From positions 62,001-126,000 of the forward strand of contig JAANOX010000241.1 of the NCBI GenBank assembly GCA_020184695.1: a stretch of 64,000 nt of DNA, written 5' to 3'. Of the stretch, positions 11,439-22,800 are shown piece after piece; position 1 is the stretch's first letter, and every line of letters begins with the position of its first letter. A program made the position numbers and the translations under genes. Source of the stretch: Histomonas meleagridis 2922-C6/04-290x (taxonomy: Eukaryota; Protista; Parabasalia). The notes under the pieces were generated by a model. That model made no database searches. It worked only from the letters and a program-made list of their open reading frames with translations, and was not told the origin of the DNA.

Positions 11439-12358
11439 GATTTTTTCATTGGATATTATTTTCATTAATATGCTTTCTTTCCCATTGTTTTTTTTTCATT
11501 AATTCTTGAACGCGCACTCGAATGCTGGACCCCATATTTACTAATTGGAACCATTTTATGATCTTTATATAAATTTCTAAAATAAAATTTTAAAATCACA
11601 GATTCAAATTATAGTTCATAATTATAATACGAATTAATAAAATGGACTTATTTTATATATTTTATATGTTGTTATATATAATAGCCAATAACAACTTTTA
11701 TTTTTCAAAATGTTGATTTCATTGATTTTTACATCTACAATTGTTCTTAAAGTGTTTCTTTCTCATATAATAATAATTTCATCAGTTGCTTCGTCGTTTA
11801 GAAAACGAAACAGTTAATTTTTAATTTTAAAAAAAGTTACATGCAAAAACAAATGACTTTTTGCCTTTGACCTACTAAGAACCCTTAGCAAGCACATTAA
11901 GTAGTTTCATCTTGGAAAGGTTATTTGGTTATTTAGTTGTGCCTAAGGGAACAATTATTGAATGTCTTCTACCATCACTCACTTTCACTTGGAAAATTCA
12001 TTACTTTTTTATAGCTCATATTCTATTTCAGAAACAATTTAAAAAAAAAATTGTTGAAGTACTATAACATTTTGAAGTGAAACTAATTGCCACCATACAA
12101 AAATTGGAATGAGCTCCGAATTGAATACTTATCGTTGTCAACGGCATGAAAGATTTGCATTGACGAAAAATACTTTCTTTTGCATATTAATAAACCACAA
12201 TTATATATTTATATTTAGTGAATGCAATGTAATCTTAGATTTAGTTTACTTTATATTTAAGGAATTAAAAATGAAAATATTTTTATTTTTTCCTTTCAAT
12301 GCAAAAGTTGTAATTAATTAATTACCTCTATCAAAAAGTGAAAACAACAATCCAAATC

Positions 12359-12940
12359 ATGACTCAACTAAAAGGATCCAGAACAGAAAAGAACTTAGCA
12401 ATAGCATTTGCTGGGGAATCAATGGCCAGAAACAGATACACATTTTTTGCAAGTGTAGCTAAAAAACAAGGATATGAACAAATTGCTGCTATTTTCCTTG
12501 AAACAGCTGAAAATGAACGCGAGCATGCAAAACGCTTCCTTAAGACACTTAAGGGTACTGGCGCACCAATTCATGTTCAATGTGAAATTCCAGGATCATT
12601 CATTGGATCAACACTTGAAAACTTAAAACAAGCTGCCGATGGTGAAAAAGAAGAACACTCCCAAGCATATCCACACATGGCCGAAGTTGCAGAACAAGAA
12701 GGATTTCCTGAAATTGCTGATCTTTTTAGGAAAATTGCATCTGTTGAGCTTGAACATGAAAAAAGGTTTAGGATCCTTGCGCACCAGGTTGAAACAGGCA
12801 CTGTTTTCAAGCGTGATCGTGAAGTTGAATGGAAATGCAGGAATTGTGGATACGTTTTCAGAGGATTTGAGGCGCCTGCTGAATGTCCTGCATGTGGCCA
12901 CAAGCAAGGATTCTATGAAATCAAAGAGGTTCTTGAGTAA
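12359..12940 (+). CDS. rbr: Rubrerythrin
   Basis: LKGSRTEKNL-AFAGES-ARNRY, EREHAK, EHEKRF diiron motifs, and a C-terminal rubredoxin-like WKCRNCGY...CPACGH. Confidence 0.95.
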   Translation: MTQLKGSRTEKNLAIAFAGESMARNRYTFFASVAKKQGYEQIAAIFLETAENEREHAKRFLKTLKGTGAPIHVQCEIPGSFIGSTLENLKQAADGEKEEHSQAYPHMAEVAEQEGFPEIADLFRKIASVELEHEKRFRILAHQVETGTVFKRDREVEWKCRNCGYVFRGFEAPAECPACGHKQGFYEIKEVLE

Positions 12941-13142
12941 ACTTCTTGAAACATTACAAAAAATTAATTTAATTTTGAAGTTATTGTAATAAACAATAAA
13001 TTCTATGTTTATTGGAAAAACTAATTTTTAAACAAAAGCTAATTGAGCTTCTTCATTAACACAAGTTAATGTTTATTTAATAATTTTTTTGATGAATTTT
13101 AATTTTTTGTCATCTTAACGGTTTTTGAATCACATAATAAAA

Positions 13143-14075
13143 ATGATTGAAGAAGAAACAACAGCATTTAAAAAATCTGGCGATTTAGCCCTTAGGCTTA
13201 ACTTATATCAGGTAAGCGAATATGAAAAATATCGAAAATTCTTAGATACCACAAATGTCAAAGAAAATTATCCAATATTCATAATAGGTCAACCAATTGA
13301 AGGCAAAGTTATCATAGAATCACATAAGGAAGGGAAAATCTCATGCAAAAGCTTAATGGTTAAATTTCGAAATCTCATTTATATTTATCATTCTGGGACA
13401 CAAAAACAGAAAATTAAAGAAAAAGCTTCTCCTATTCTCACAGACAACAAAATCGATGTTCTAATAAAGTACTCACATGAAATTCAATTTATTCCACCTA
13501 CATCACTTGGAGTTTCATATTTTAGTGACACCTTCAATAAGATATTTCAGATCAAAGCTGTCCTTAAAACAGGATTTTCAACTACAACAGTTGTCAGTCA
13601 AAAGGTAATTCTTATAAATCCTATTTCTCCTTCACTTACGAAGCCTTTTTCCATGTTCATTGAAGAAAAAGATTATAAAGCCAAGCTTTCCTTTAATAAA
13701 TCCGAATATTCTATAACAGATGAAATCAATGGAACAATAATTATCGAAAGAAATGACACATGCGATGACTCTATCGACCAATGTTACATTTCATTTGTTG
13801 CGTCTGAGGCTGCTGGTAACGAAACTAAAGATCAATCTTTTTGCAAATATCAACTTACAGATGGATTGCCAAAAAGTGGCACCAAATCAAAGTTCTCTCT
13901 TCAGCTCTCCAAAATGCACCTTTGGGCATACACAACCCCATGTGATTCGTTGTTTAAGGTGACGTATAAATTTGAATTCAATGTTGCCAAAAAGGTGATC
14001 AAGAAGGATTCCAAACAAATAATAATAAAAGAAGTCCATCCAGTTCAACTGTACCTTAAGAGCTTACAACAGTAA
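13143..14075 (+). CDS. Divergent Vps26/arrestin-fold-like protein
   Basis: IFIIGQPIEGKVII...KSLMVKF, beta-rich sequence, GLPKSG near the C-terminus. Weak similarity judged by eye only. Confidence 0.45.
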   Translation: MIEEETTAFKKSGDLALRLNLYQVSEYEKYRKFLDTTNVKENYPIFIIGQPIEGKVIIESHKEGKISCKSLMVKFRNLIYIYHSGTQKQKIKEKASPILTDNKIDVLIKYSHEIQFIPPTSLGVSYFSDTFNKIFQIKAVLKTGFSTTTVVSQKVILINPISPSLTKPFSMFIEEKDYKAKLSFNKSEYSITDEINGTIIIERNDTCDDSIDQCYISFVASEAAGNETKDQSFCKYQLTDGLPKSGTKSKFSLQLSKMHLWAYTTPCDSLFKVTYKFEFNVAKKVIKKDSKQIIIKEVHPVQLYLKSLQQ

Positions 14076-14323
14076 ACATGTTATGTAAATATTATTTATT
14101 TTCATATTGGAATATCTCTAATGCAATGATTTGAAAAGTACGTTAATCTGTTTTAACGTACAAAAATGGGTACACCCAAGACAAAAGATAAATATAATGT
14201 TCCTTTACGTTTCAAAAATTCAGTTCTAATAATGTTTGCACACGAAGCCTTTCAAGTAAGAATTCTGATTCTTGTGTTGTTCTCGAAAAAAGAAATTGTA
14301 AAAAAATATCAAAAATTTTTGGT

Positions 14324-14566
14324 TCAATTTGTTTTGATTTTTTTTTTTTTTTTTTTATCTGGTAAACTTTGATTTTTTGCAGCTTTTAAAAAATTATAAC
14401 GCGAATCAAAATCTTTCTTTTTAGAAACAAAAGCTGTAGAGACTGATTGACATAGAACAAGATTAAAACAATAAGGAAAATTATTATCAAAATGATCAAA
14501 TATTTTTTGAACATCAGGAGTGGCACTGTTTTCACTAAGTTTTCGTGTAATATTAATTTTTTTCAA
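14324..14566 (-). pseudogene. N-terminal fragment of the DUF3447/ankyrin family
   Basis: FDNNFPYCFNLVLCQ resembles FDENHPFSFNLIVVQ of the 7748 gene. Truncated at a poly(A) run on the coding strand. Confidence 0.55.
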
Positions 14567-14895
14567 AGATGAATTTGAGGACGTTAAATTTTAACTAAAA
14601 AATTTGAGATTTTATTTCCTCACAATTTACTCCTGCAAATATTTACAAATATAGGGGAGTCAACTCTTTTGAAAGGAAAACATCACATTTTATAATCATT
14701 TCTTATTGCTATGTGTTTTAGGTGTGTTACCTCTTTTCTCAGGATGAAACAGATTGAAGTTTTATTCAAACAAAAAAATTCAAAAGAATTTCGTCTTTAT
14801 GATTTTTATTTAACAGTTTTTTTAAATTAAATTATACGATAAACTTAATAATTTAATAACAAAGAATCCAACTATTACGGGGTGAAATTTTGCTC

Positions 14896-15753
14896 CTAAA
14901 ATTCAGAAACATTACATTGGATTGGTGGTAATTGACCTATTGAATGGGCATGCTTAATTTCGCAGGTTCCAAATGATGGTTCAGAGCCCATGTTTGGAAG
15001 CATTGTTAAACTTGTTGATATCTTGCAATTTTGAGGAAACAGCAAATCGCCAATTGGAGGTAATTTTGTCTTGCTGGGTGTTTGGGTATTGTTCAGTGTA
15101 AGGCGAACTGGTACAGAAATACTACCCATCATTTTCGTTGGTTCACTATTATTATTATCATCAGAATATAAATTCGCGTTCATTTTTAACTGCTGATAGT
15201 GATACCGGCATTGTACGTCACTCCGGTTCCCCATTTCTTGAGCAATTCGTGTCCAATATTTTGATCCGTATTTTTTGACAAGAGATAACAGAAGTTTTTC
15301 ATCCTCTTCTGTCCACCTATCTTTGCTAATGCGAGGGTCAAGGCCACGAACCCACCTCTGAGAACATTGTGCACGTGTTCGCCCATTTCCAACAAATGCT
15401 GAAACAGAAAGCCAATTATCAAGGCCGTATCTATGAATCCCAGCAAGGAGCCTTTGGTCTTCATACTCTGTCCATGATCGTGTCTTTTTCCTGAGAGATG
15501 TTGGGCTTTCATATAAGAGTGGAAAGTTAGGTATTGGAGTATAACTTGTTTGAAGAATAGCAACTATTCTATCCAGCGGTTTCGTTGTTCCTATATTTAA
15601 TTGGAAAATAGCAGATGTTTCGAAGATATTTCGCTTACCTGTAATAAAATCCTCAAAAGCGTTTTCAAGAATTTCATGCTTTTCCGGAGTTAGTTTTATT
15701 TTCATTTCGGAGATAAAGGACATCCCCACTGAGACGAGAATGGGGCGAGACAT
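14896..15753 (-). CDS. Myb-like DNA-binding protein (two Myb repeats)
   Basis: WTEYEDQRLLAGIHRYG-NW...RTRAQCSQRW and WTEEDEKLLL-LVKKYG-W...RSDVQCRYHY. Start codon uncertain. Confidence 0.9.
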   Translation of the reverse strand: MSRPILVSVGMSFISEMKIKLTPEKHEILENAFEDFITGKRNIFETSAIFQLNIGTTKPLDRIVAILQTSYTPIPNFPLLYESPTSLRKKTRSWTEYEDQRLLAGIHRYGLDNWLSVSAFVGNGRTRAQCSQRWVRGLDPRISKDRWTEEDEKLLLSLVKKYGSKYWTRIAQEMGNRSDVQCRYHYQQLKMNANLYSDDNNNSEPTKMMGSISVPVRLTLNNTQTPSKTKLPPIGDLLFPQNCKISTSLTMLPNMGSEPSFGTCEIKHAHSIGQLPPIQCNVSEF

Positions 15754-16786
15754 TTTGTGTTCTGTTGTTAACGCCGAAATATTCAAAAAGTGCTAACGGC
15801 ATACAAAAATTGAGTACTTATCTGAATCGAACCTCGGTGGTTTTTTAATCTCCTTATTTTCTTCGTGAAAAAGTATTTAAAATTTCGTTTCACAAAGGAA
15901 ATTTATCACATTCTTTTATGTAAAAACAATTTTTGGAATTGTGGAGATTAATTGTTATAGAATTAATAAGAATTATTGGCCTTTCCTAGGATGGAATTTG
16001 GAGATTTTCCTTCACGGTTATTTGAGTAAATAATTCTCCCGGACAACTGAAAATAATATAACGAATTGAAAGCTTATCGTCTTTTTATATCAACATTTGG
16101 CTTTTTGTGAAAAAATTTGATCGAAGTAATGCAAACACGCGTTCAAATGTTTTTTACAACAATGTTTTCAATGCTTTGTCTGTCAATGTTCAATATGAAC
16201 ATTTTCACGTGAAAATTAAATTTAAACCAATACCAAACAGATACTCTGGCACACATTCATCATTGACAAAAAATACATCGAATGCCTAAAATTCTATAAT
16301 ACTGAAATGGATTCTTCCAGAATTTTCCTTCACAAAATATTGATATTGAAAAAGTAGTTTTATCACCATTCAAAAGGCATCACACAAAACCTTGAAAACA
16401 GGTTAAAATTCAATTGGAACTCCAAAATAGAACCGCGGTCGATGCATTGAAAACAGGCGGTTGGGCACACGTGGGCCATCGCCACACCACAATATTAAGA
16501 AGTAAACCGAATTAAGCTTGATTGGCAGAAAATGTTAAAATAAAAAGAAACTTTCTGATAATATAAAAAAATCATTGAAGATTTTAGATTTTATCTTTAA
16601 TCTAAAAATCATCATCATAATCATATGATGAGGTGGGTTTTGAATCACAAGCACCTTTTTCACGAAGTAATTTAACAATTTTTTTGTACTGTTGTGTAGA
16701 TGATTCTTTAAGTGGTTCTGTAAATAATTTTATAAAATATCAAATCATATCGAAAATCATCAAAATGAAGAAATTAATATTGAATA

Positions 16787-18758
16787 TCATAAAAAAACCT
16801 TTTTGGTGCTTGATTGGTTATACTTATTATCAGTATGAAAAGATGCTAATATAAGTGCTGTTTGAAATATTTCAAATAATTTCCAAATATTATTGAAATA
16901 TCAAATTATTCAAATAAATTTCAAATAAAACAAATAAATATCTTTAGCATTAACATCAATTCCTTCTTGTTCAAGAAGTAATTTTACGATTTCAACATTA
17001 CCTTTATCAGATGCTATCATAAGCGGTGTTTGAAATGTTTTTGGTAATCATCAAATAATGTTTTGAAATAATAAATTGTTGAAATAAACAACATCTTTAG
17101 TATTAACATCAGTTTTTTTATATGCAAGTAGTAATTTAACTATTTGAGTATATTCATTCTTTACTGCTGTTATAAGTGCTGTTTGAAATATTTCAAATAA
17201 TTTCCAAATATTATATTGAAATATCAAATTATTAAAATAAATAACAAATAAAATAAATTAATATCATCTTTAGCATTAACATCAATCCCTTTTTGTTCAA
17301 GAAGCAATTTAACCATTTCGATATTATTTTTTTTAGTTGCATAGATAAGTGCTGTATTAAATAATTTAAATAATTTCCAAATATTCCTTTGGAAACATAA
17401 ATTTCTCACAAAAAACAAACATTAAAAAGAAAAAACATTCTCATTTATATCTATTCCTTTTTGTCTAAGAAGTAATTTAGCTATTTCTATGTAATTTTTT
17501 ACTGTTGTCCATATAAGTGCTGTATAAAATAATATAAATTATTTCCAAATATTATTTTGAAATATAAAATTATTAAAATAAATATTAAATAGGATAAATA
17601 AAAACCTTTAGCATTAATATTAATACTTTTTTGCTCAAGAACTAATTTAACAAGCTCAATATTTCCTGATTGTGTAGCATAAACAATAATATCTTTAGGA
17701 ATTATTTTCCCTTTGGTAAAATATTTTGTCAGAACCATATTCCCCATCTTTACTGACTCATAAATAACAGAATCATTAACTTCAATTCCTTTATCAAATA
17801 AAAATGAAAGAATTTCATAATTAGAACAAGAAATACATTTTATTCCTAATGAAGTCAAATCATTAATTTCAATCATTTTCTTATCATAAAGATAATAAAA
17901 TATATCATTTTGATGAAATTCAATTGCAGTTTCATATGCATTTTCAAATGATGAATGATTTTGTTCGCATAAATGAATAATTTCAAGATTTCCGCCTGCA
18001 ATTGCATATTTACCTGTGTTTTCAACTTTTGCATTATTCATTAATAAATATTTAAAACATTGAATTGCTCCAAAATATGCTGCAAAATCAATTAATGTAA
18101 CATTTTTTTTATTAATAAAATCACATCTTTCATAAAGCGATGGTTCAATTCTTTGATTAAAATCAAAATTATTTTGTGATGATAATTCTTGAAGTTTTTC
18201 TATTTCATCATTTCGAATTATTTTTGATATTTCATTTGGATTAACTCCTTCTTCAATATATTTCTTATGGAGTTCCCAATGATTCTTTGAAAGTTCCAGA
18301 ATATTTCGAAAGAATTTTATGTCAAATCGTGCATTATTTTTTAATGAATAGATTTCTTGATGTGATTTATAATGTGCAAAATATAATGAACATGAAGTTT
18401 TAACAAGTTGAGAACTAATTAAATTTTGTTCAATCATTTTCTCAAGAAGATAATAAGATCTATCTGCATCCCATGTTAGAATCTTTGAAAAATCTTCAAT
18501 TATTCGATGTTCAATTTTGAGTTCTTCTTCTTTTTTTTCAATTCCTTTAATATATTGAATATAGATATTAACGTCCTTCGTTTGTGCTAAATAAGATGCA
18601 TATATTAAGTTACTCAAAGTAATATTAAAAGAAACAGGAAAACTTTCATTTAAAAAATTCATCGTCATCTCAATTGATTCCTCGGTATTATTTGCGTCAA
18701 GATTTAAAACAATTTTCTGTAGCTCTTTTAGTTGCTGGACTTGGTCATTCAAGCTCAT
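16787..18758 (-). CDS. DUF3447/ankyrin-repeat protein, locus 2; five interrupted repeats
   Basis: Family motifs lie in 17499-18758, and ankyrin segments continue to about 16787 between spacers. The last segment looks degenerate. Confidence 0.8.
16868..17597 (-). other. Five ankyrin spacer elements (17530-17597, 17362-17430, 17189-17256, 17036-17086, 16868-16933)
   Basis: Same position and consensus as locus 1. Lengths 68, 69, 68, 51, 66 nt. Confidence 0.8.
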
Positions 18759-19000
18759 TTAAAATAATAATAAAGTAGTTAATTTTTTCACAGAAATAAA
18801 ATGATATTTAATTCTCTAATGTAAGTACTCATTTATCATTTGTTATAACAGTGTTATCCTTTATTACAAATATCACAGATTAAACAAAAAAAGTTATTAT
18901 TCAATTGAAATTAAATTGAAAATAAAAAATAAAAGTTTGATTCCTTGCGTTTAATAACCAAGAACAATGGATTATTAACCGTTACTAGAAAGATAATAAT

Positions 19001-19648
19001 TTATGAACCACGTTTTGCAAGATGATACAATATAACAGCCAAAATTTTTTCGATTTCGAGACACCCATGAGACTGGAGCTGAATTTCAGATTTCTGCCCT
19101 CCCTCAAGTGCAATTTCAAAGCACTGAGCTTGTTTGTTTTCGATAGGTCTGACATATGATATTTGATCATATGTATACTGTGTTGTTTCTGCTGATGACT
19201 TTCCAGTGCTAATCTTTATACCGCCTGGAGACACCGAACATTCAACACTTTTTGTGAATAATCCAACTTTTTTATTCTTGAAAGAGGCTTCATATGAAGT
19301 AAGAGGACTACCATTCCGAACCAAATTATTCCAGCTTTCTTTTCCTTGTTGGAGAGAATCATTGAATTCAATAATGTCAAATCGATTATTTGTTGTGAAC
19401 TTGTATTCAAAATTCCCTGAATATGAATTGGTTTTAACGATGAGCGTATTTAAGCCCGGATTTTCTTCGATTGGCAATGGCATTGTTTCTGTAAATCCGA
19501 GATGAATAATTAAAAAAGGTTCTTCCGTTGATTTCTGGGAAATTTCAAGCCAAAAATTGTTCACAACAACCCACCTTGGTGTAGGCTTCGATTTTTTTGA
19601 ATCGCTGTTAACATAAAGATACCATCCTAATATCGGCCCTGTATCCAT
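19001..19648 (-). CDS. Hypothetical protein, possible PH-like domains
   Basis: 215-aa ORF. GWYLYV...KPTPRWVVVNNFWLEI is a PH-like pattern. Confidence 0.5.
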   Translation of the reverse strand: MDTGPILGWYLYVNSDSKKSKPTPRWVVVNNFWLEISQKSTEEPFLIIHLGFTETMPLPIEENPGLNTLIVKTNSYSGNFEYKFTTNNRFDIIEFNDSLQQGKESWNNLVRNGSPLTSYEASFKNKKVGLFTKSVECSVSPGGIKISTGKSSAETTQYTYDQISYVRPIENKQAQCFEIALEGGQKSEIQLQSHGCLEIEKILAVILYHLAKRGS

Positions 19649-19892
19649 TAGATTTTTTTTGTCAAAATATAAACCATTCAACAGAAAATTAAAAGTTTAC
19701 ACCGTATTCTTTTATCGTTTTCCGTCAAAATGGGTAAATAAAGTTATGAAAATAAATAATAACGGTTGGTTTTTTTCTGGAACTTTTGAACAACAATTGT
19801 GAAGTAAACGATCAAATTAAATTGAACGGAAGTCATTTCAAAAAGTTCTTTTCAAAAATTATCTCTAAAAAAGAATTGACAAAGAAAATTAT

Positions 19893-22800
19893 TTAACAAA
19901 ATTCTTCTGTAATATCAGCAAAATGAAGATTTCCATTTGTATCACATAAAATTGTCGATGCCGGCTTTTTCCTAAATTCTATAAAATTCACGTCATAACT
20001 TATTACAGTTTCAATTCCAGTGTTTTCAAAGAAAGGTAATCTCCATAATATCAGCTTTTTATCTTTTGTTATTACCAACAAATAATCGCAACCATCTTTC
20101 CACGTAATTAATTTCCAACAATTTATGTTTTCCTTTATTTTCTTTTCGGAAATTATCGTTAAGTTTTGATCAACGGCACATAAATAACATTTATTTAATC
20201 CATTAAAAGCAACAACAATTATACCATATTCAGATAATGCGATATGCGATGGATTTGTTGCATTTAATTTCACAGCGTTTAAATGTCTTCCGCCAAATAA
20301 TGAAGTTAAACTTAAATAACCATCATAACTTACAGCTGCAAAAAGTTTAAGTTTTTCACATATTGAAATCACTTTTATCATTGATTTATGTTTCGGTAAA
20401 AGTGAAACATTCGAAAGTTCATTTGATGTAATTCTCCATAAACGAATTACATTATCTTTCCCACCAGTTATTAAGTATTTCCCTACGATATTCATTGCGG
20501 AAATTATTTTCATATGTATACGTGACACATATAAAGGTTCAATTACATTTTTAGAGTCATCATTCAGTTTATATATATAAAATGCGGAATCAAAAGGTAA
20601 TGAAATAACAGCGTATTCATTCGAAATGACTACATGAAGATCAGATTGATCAAAGCTTTGAAGTTCACTTGGATAATTCACAAGGAGAACTCCTTTCTTA
20701 ATAGAATTAGAAGAAATTTTATAAAATTCAAATTGCTCATTTATAATTGTTATAACAGAACCTTCACAAGAAGTCGCTAAAATTTTTGATGGTGAACAAT
20801 TAATAACTTTTAATGTATCGAAATTAATACTAATTAAACAATGATGAAAAGGTTGAGGTACAATACATTTATTCGGAGGTGTATTAAAGTATAATTGATT
20901 TGGTGCAGTACCAAAAAATGTTGAATATTGTTTTATAAGTTGTATTTCATTCACATCATTAGTTTCTAAAGCAGATTCATAATAATAAGGATGAAAAACA
21001 TTATTAGCGGATTTAGATGAAGGCATTCTTGATTTAGGACCGAAGATTAAATCAATCCAAAAAGGTAATGTTAAAGTAACATAAGGAGATTCAAGTGCTT
21101 GTCGATTCATATGTATAAAATGTTGTGGATTCTTAGCCCATTTCGGCAAAACCACATCGTTTATTATCGATCCATCATAAGAAGATATACCTAAATCAAA
21201 TTTATTCTCATTAACTAAAAAATTCGGAAAATAAAAAAATTCGGGAATTAATTCCCTAAAGTCCATTGGTCCAGTTGTTACACTTTCCCAAGTTTGAGGT
21301 ATAGAATTAAATAATCGATCAGGACAATCAAATCTTCCTCCTTGAAGGTCGATATGAAATGTAGTAAAAGGCTCAGTTCGAATCATATAATTAATTACAA
21401 CTGCAGCCGATGAATAAAATGAATTATAAAGATATCCTATTTGATTGTTTTCCATATTTTGTTGAAGTTGTAATAGGCGTTGTTCATTTATTGCACCAAT
21501 TGGTTTACTTAAATCACGATATGAAGATTTCGATTTCAAGTCAAGTTCTTCACTTGTGTAATCACTAATGATCCATGGAAAGATTGGATATTGTGATAAA
21601 TCATTATATGAACGACCCGAATATTTATTAAGTTTTGATAAATATTTAAAATTAGTGATTTCGCCATTAACCCATTGTTCAGTAGCTTTATTAACAAGTT
21701 TATTGATGTCTTCGCGTTTATATTGTATATATGTTACTGTAGTAGGAAGATTCTTTAAGATAAGTTCGCGTTGGTTCTCACTAAAATCAAAAAAGAAAGA
21801 CTTCTTCGTCTTTGTAAAGATTTCAATCGCTGTATCAGACATTATATAACGCCGCAAATAAACTTTTGTTATTAAATTAAGTGAAATTCGTAAAAATTTT
21901 TCTTCAGATTCAAAGATTAAACATTTTTGCGTTAATGAAAGTGTACCACTATATACATTACAAAAAGATACATAACGTGAATTACATTTAACTATGACCA
22001 TTTTAGTAAATGATTTAAGTTTATTTGTCGTTTGTTTTGATGCAGTAACTAATGCAATATCGCCTTTAAATTCGGCCATTTTTTGTTTTAATAATAATTG
22101 TGATTTATATATCTCTTCTGCATCAACGGCTTTTCCTTTATCTCTTCTAAAAGAAGCATCTTCATGTGTCGTAAATTCAATGTTAGGTTTGGTGAAAAAC
22201 CGTTTAAAGCCACAAATGATTTTTGATAACTTACGATGATTTTCAATTGAAATCTCTAACGGTTGCCAAGGTCCGTTTTCAGTTGACAATTCATTAAAAA
22301 TTTGTTTGTATTTTTTCATTGATTTAATATTTTCATTTCTTTTAATTGCCATAAGTTGTTGAAGTTCTAATTCAACGTTACTCTTTTTGCTTAGTAATAT
22401 TTGTTCATCTGCTTTACCTAAAGAAGTATTAAAATATTTCGGTATTTCATTTGAAATTAAAATAATTTCTTTTTCTAATGATTGCGAAATTGATTTAAAA
22501 TGTTTTATGACTTTATTTTCATAAGAAACAGCTTTCTCAATAATAGGAGATAAAAGTGTTTGTTGTGCTTTAAAATCTTCAAAAGATTCTAAAGAAATAA
22601 AATTAATTTTATATTTGTTCTTTAAGACGTTTGAAAATGAAATTGTTTGTTCATAAATAAATTCTAATGTTTTAATATCATTTACTAAATTTATTGATCT
22701 TATTGCACCTGCAAATATTTCTATCATTTCATTTTGTAAAGATCCAAATAATAAATCAGTTTTAGGAACACGAAAAGAAGCTTCTTTAGCTAATTCGATA

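Noticed and set aside
15815-15835. GGTTCGATTC B-box/T-loop motif on the minus strand
   Set aside because: There are no flanking stems or cloverleaf, so it is probably a chance match.
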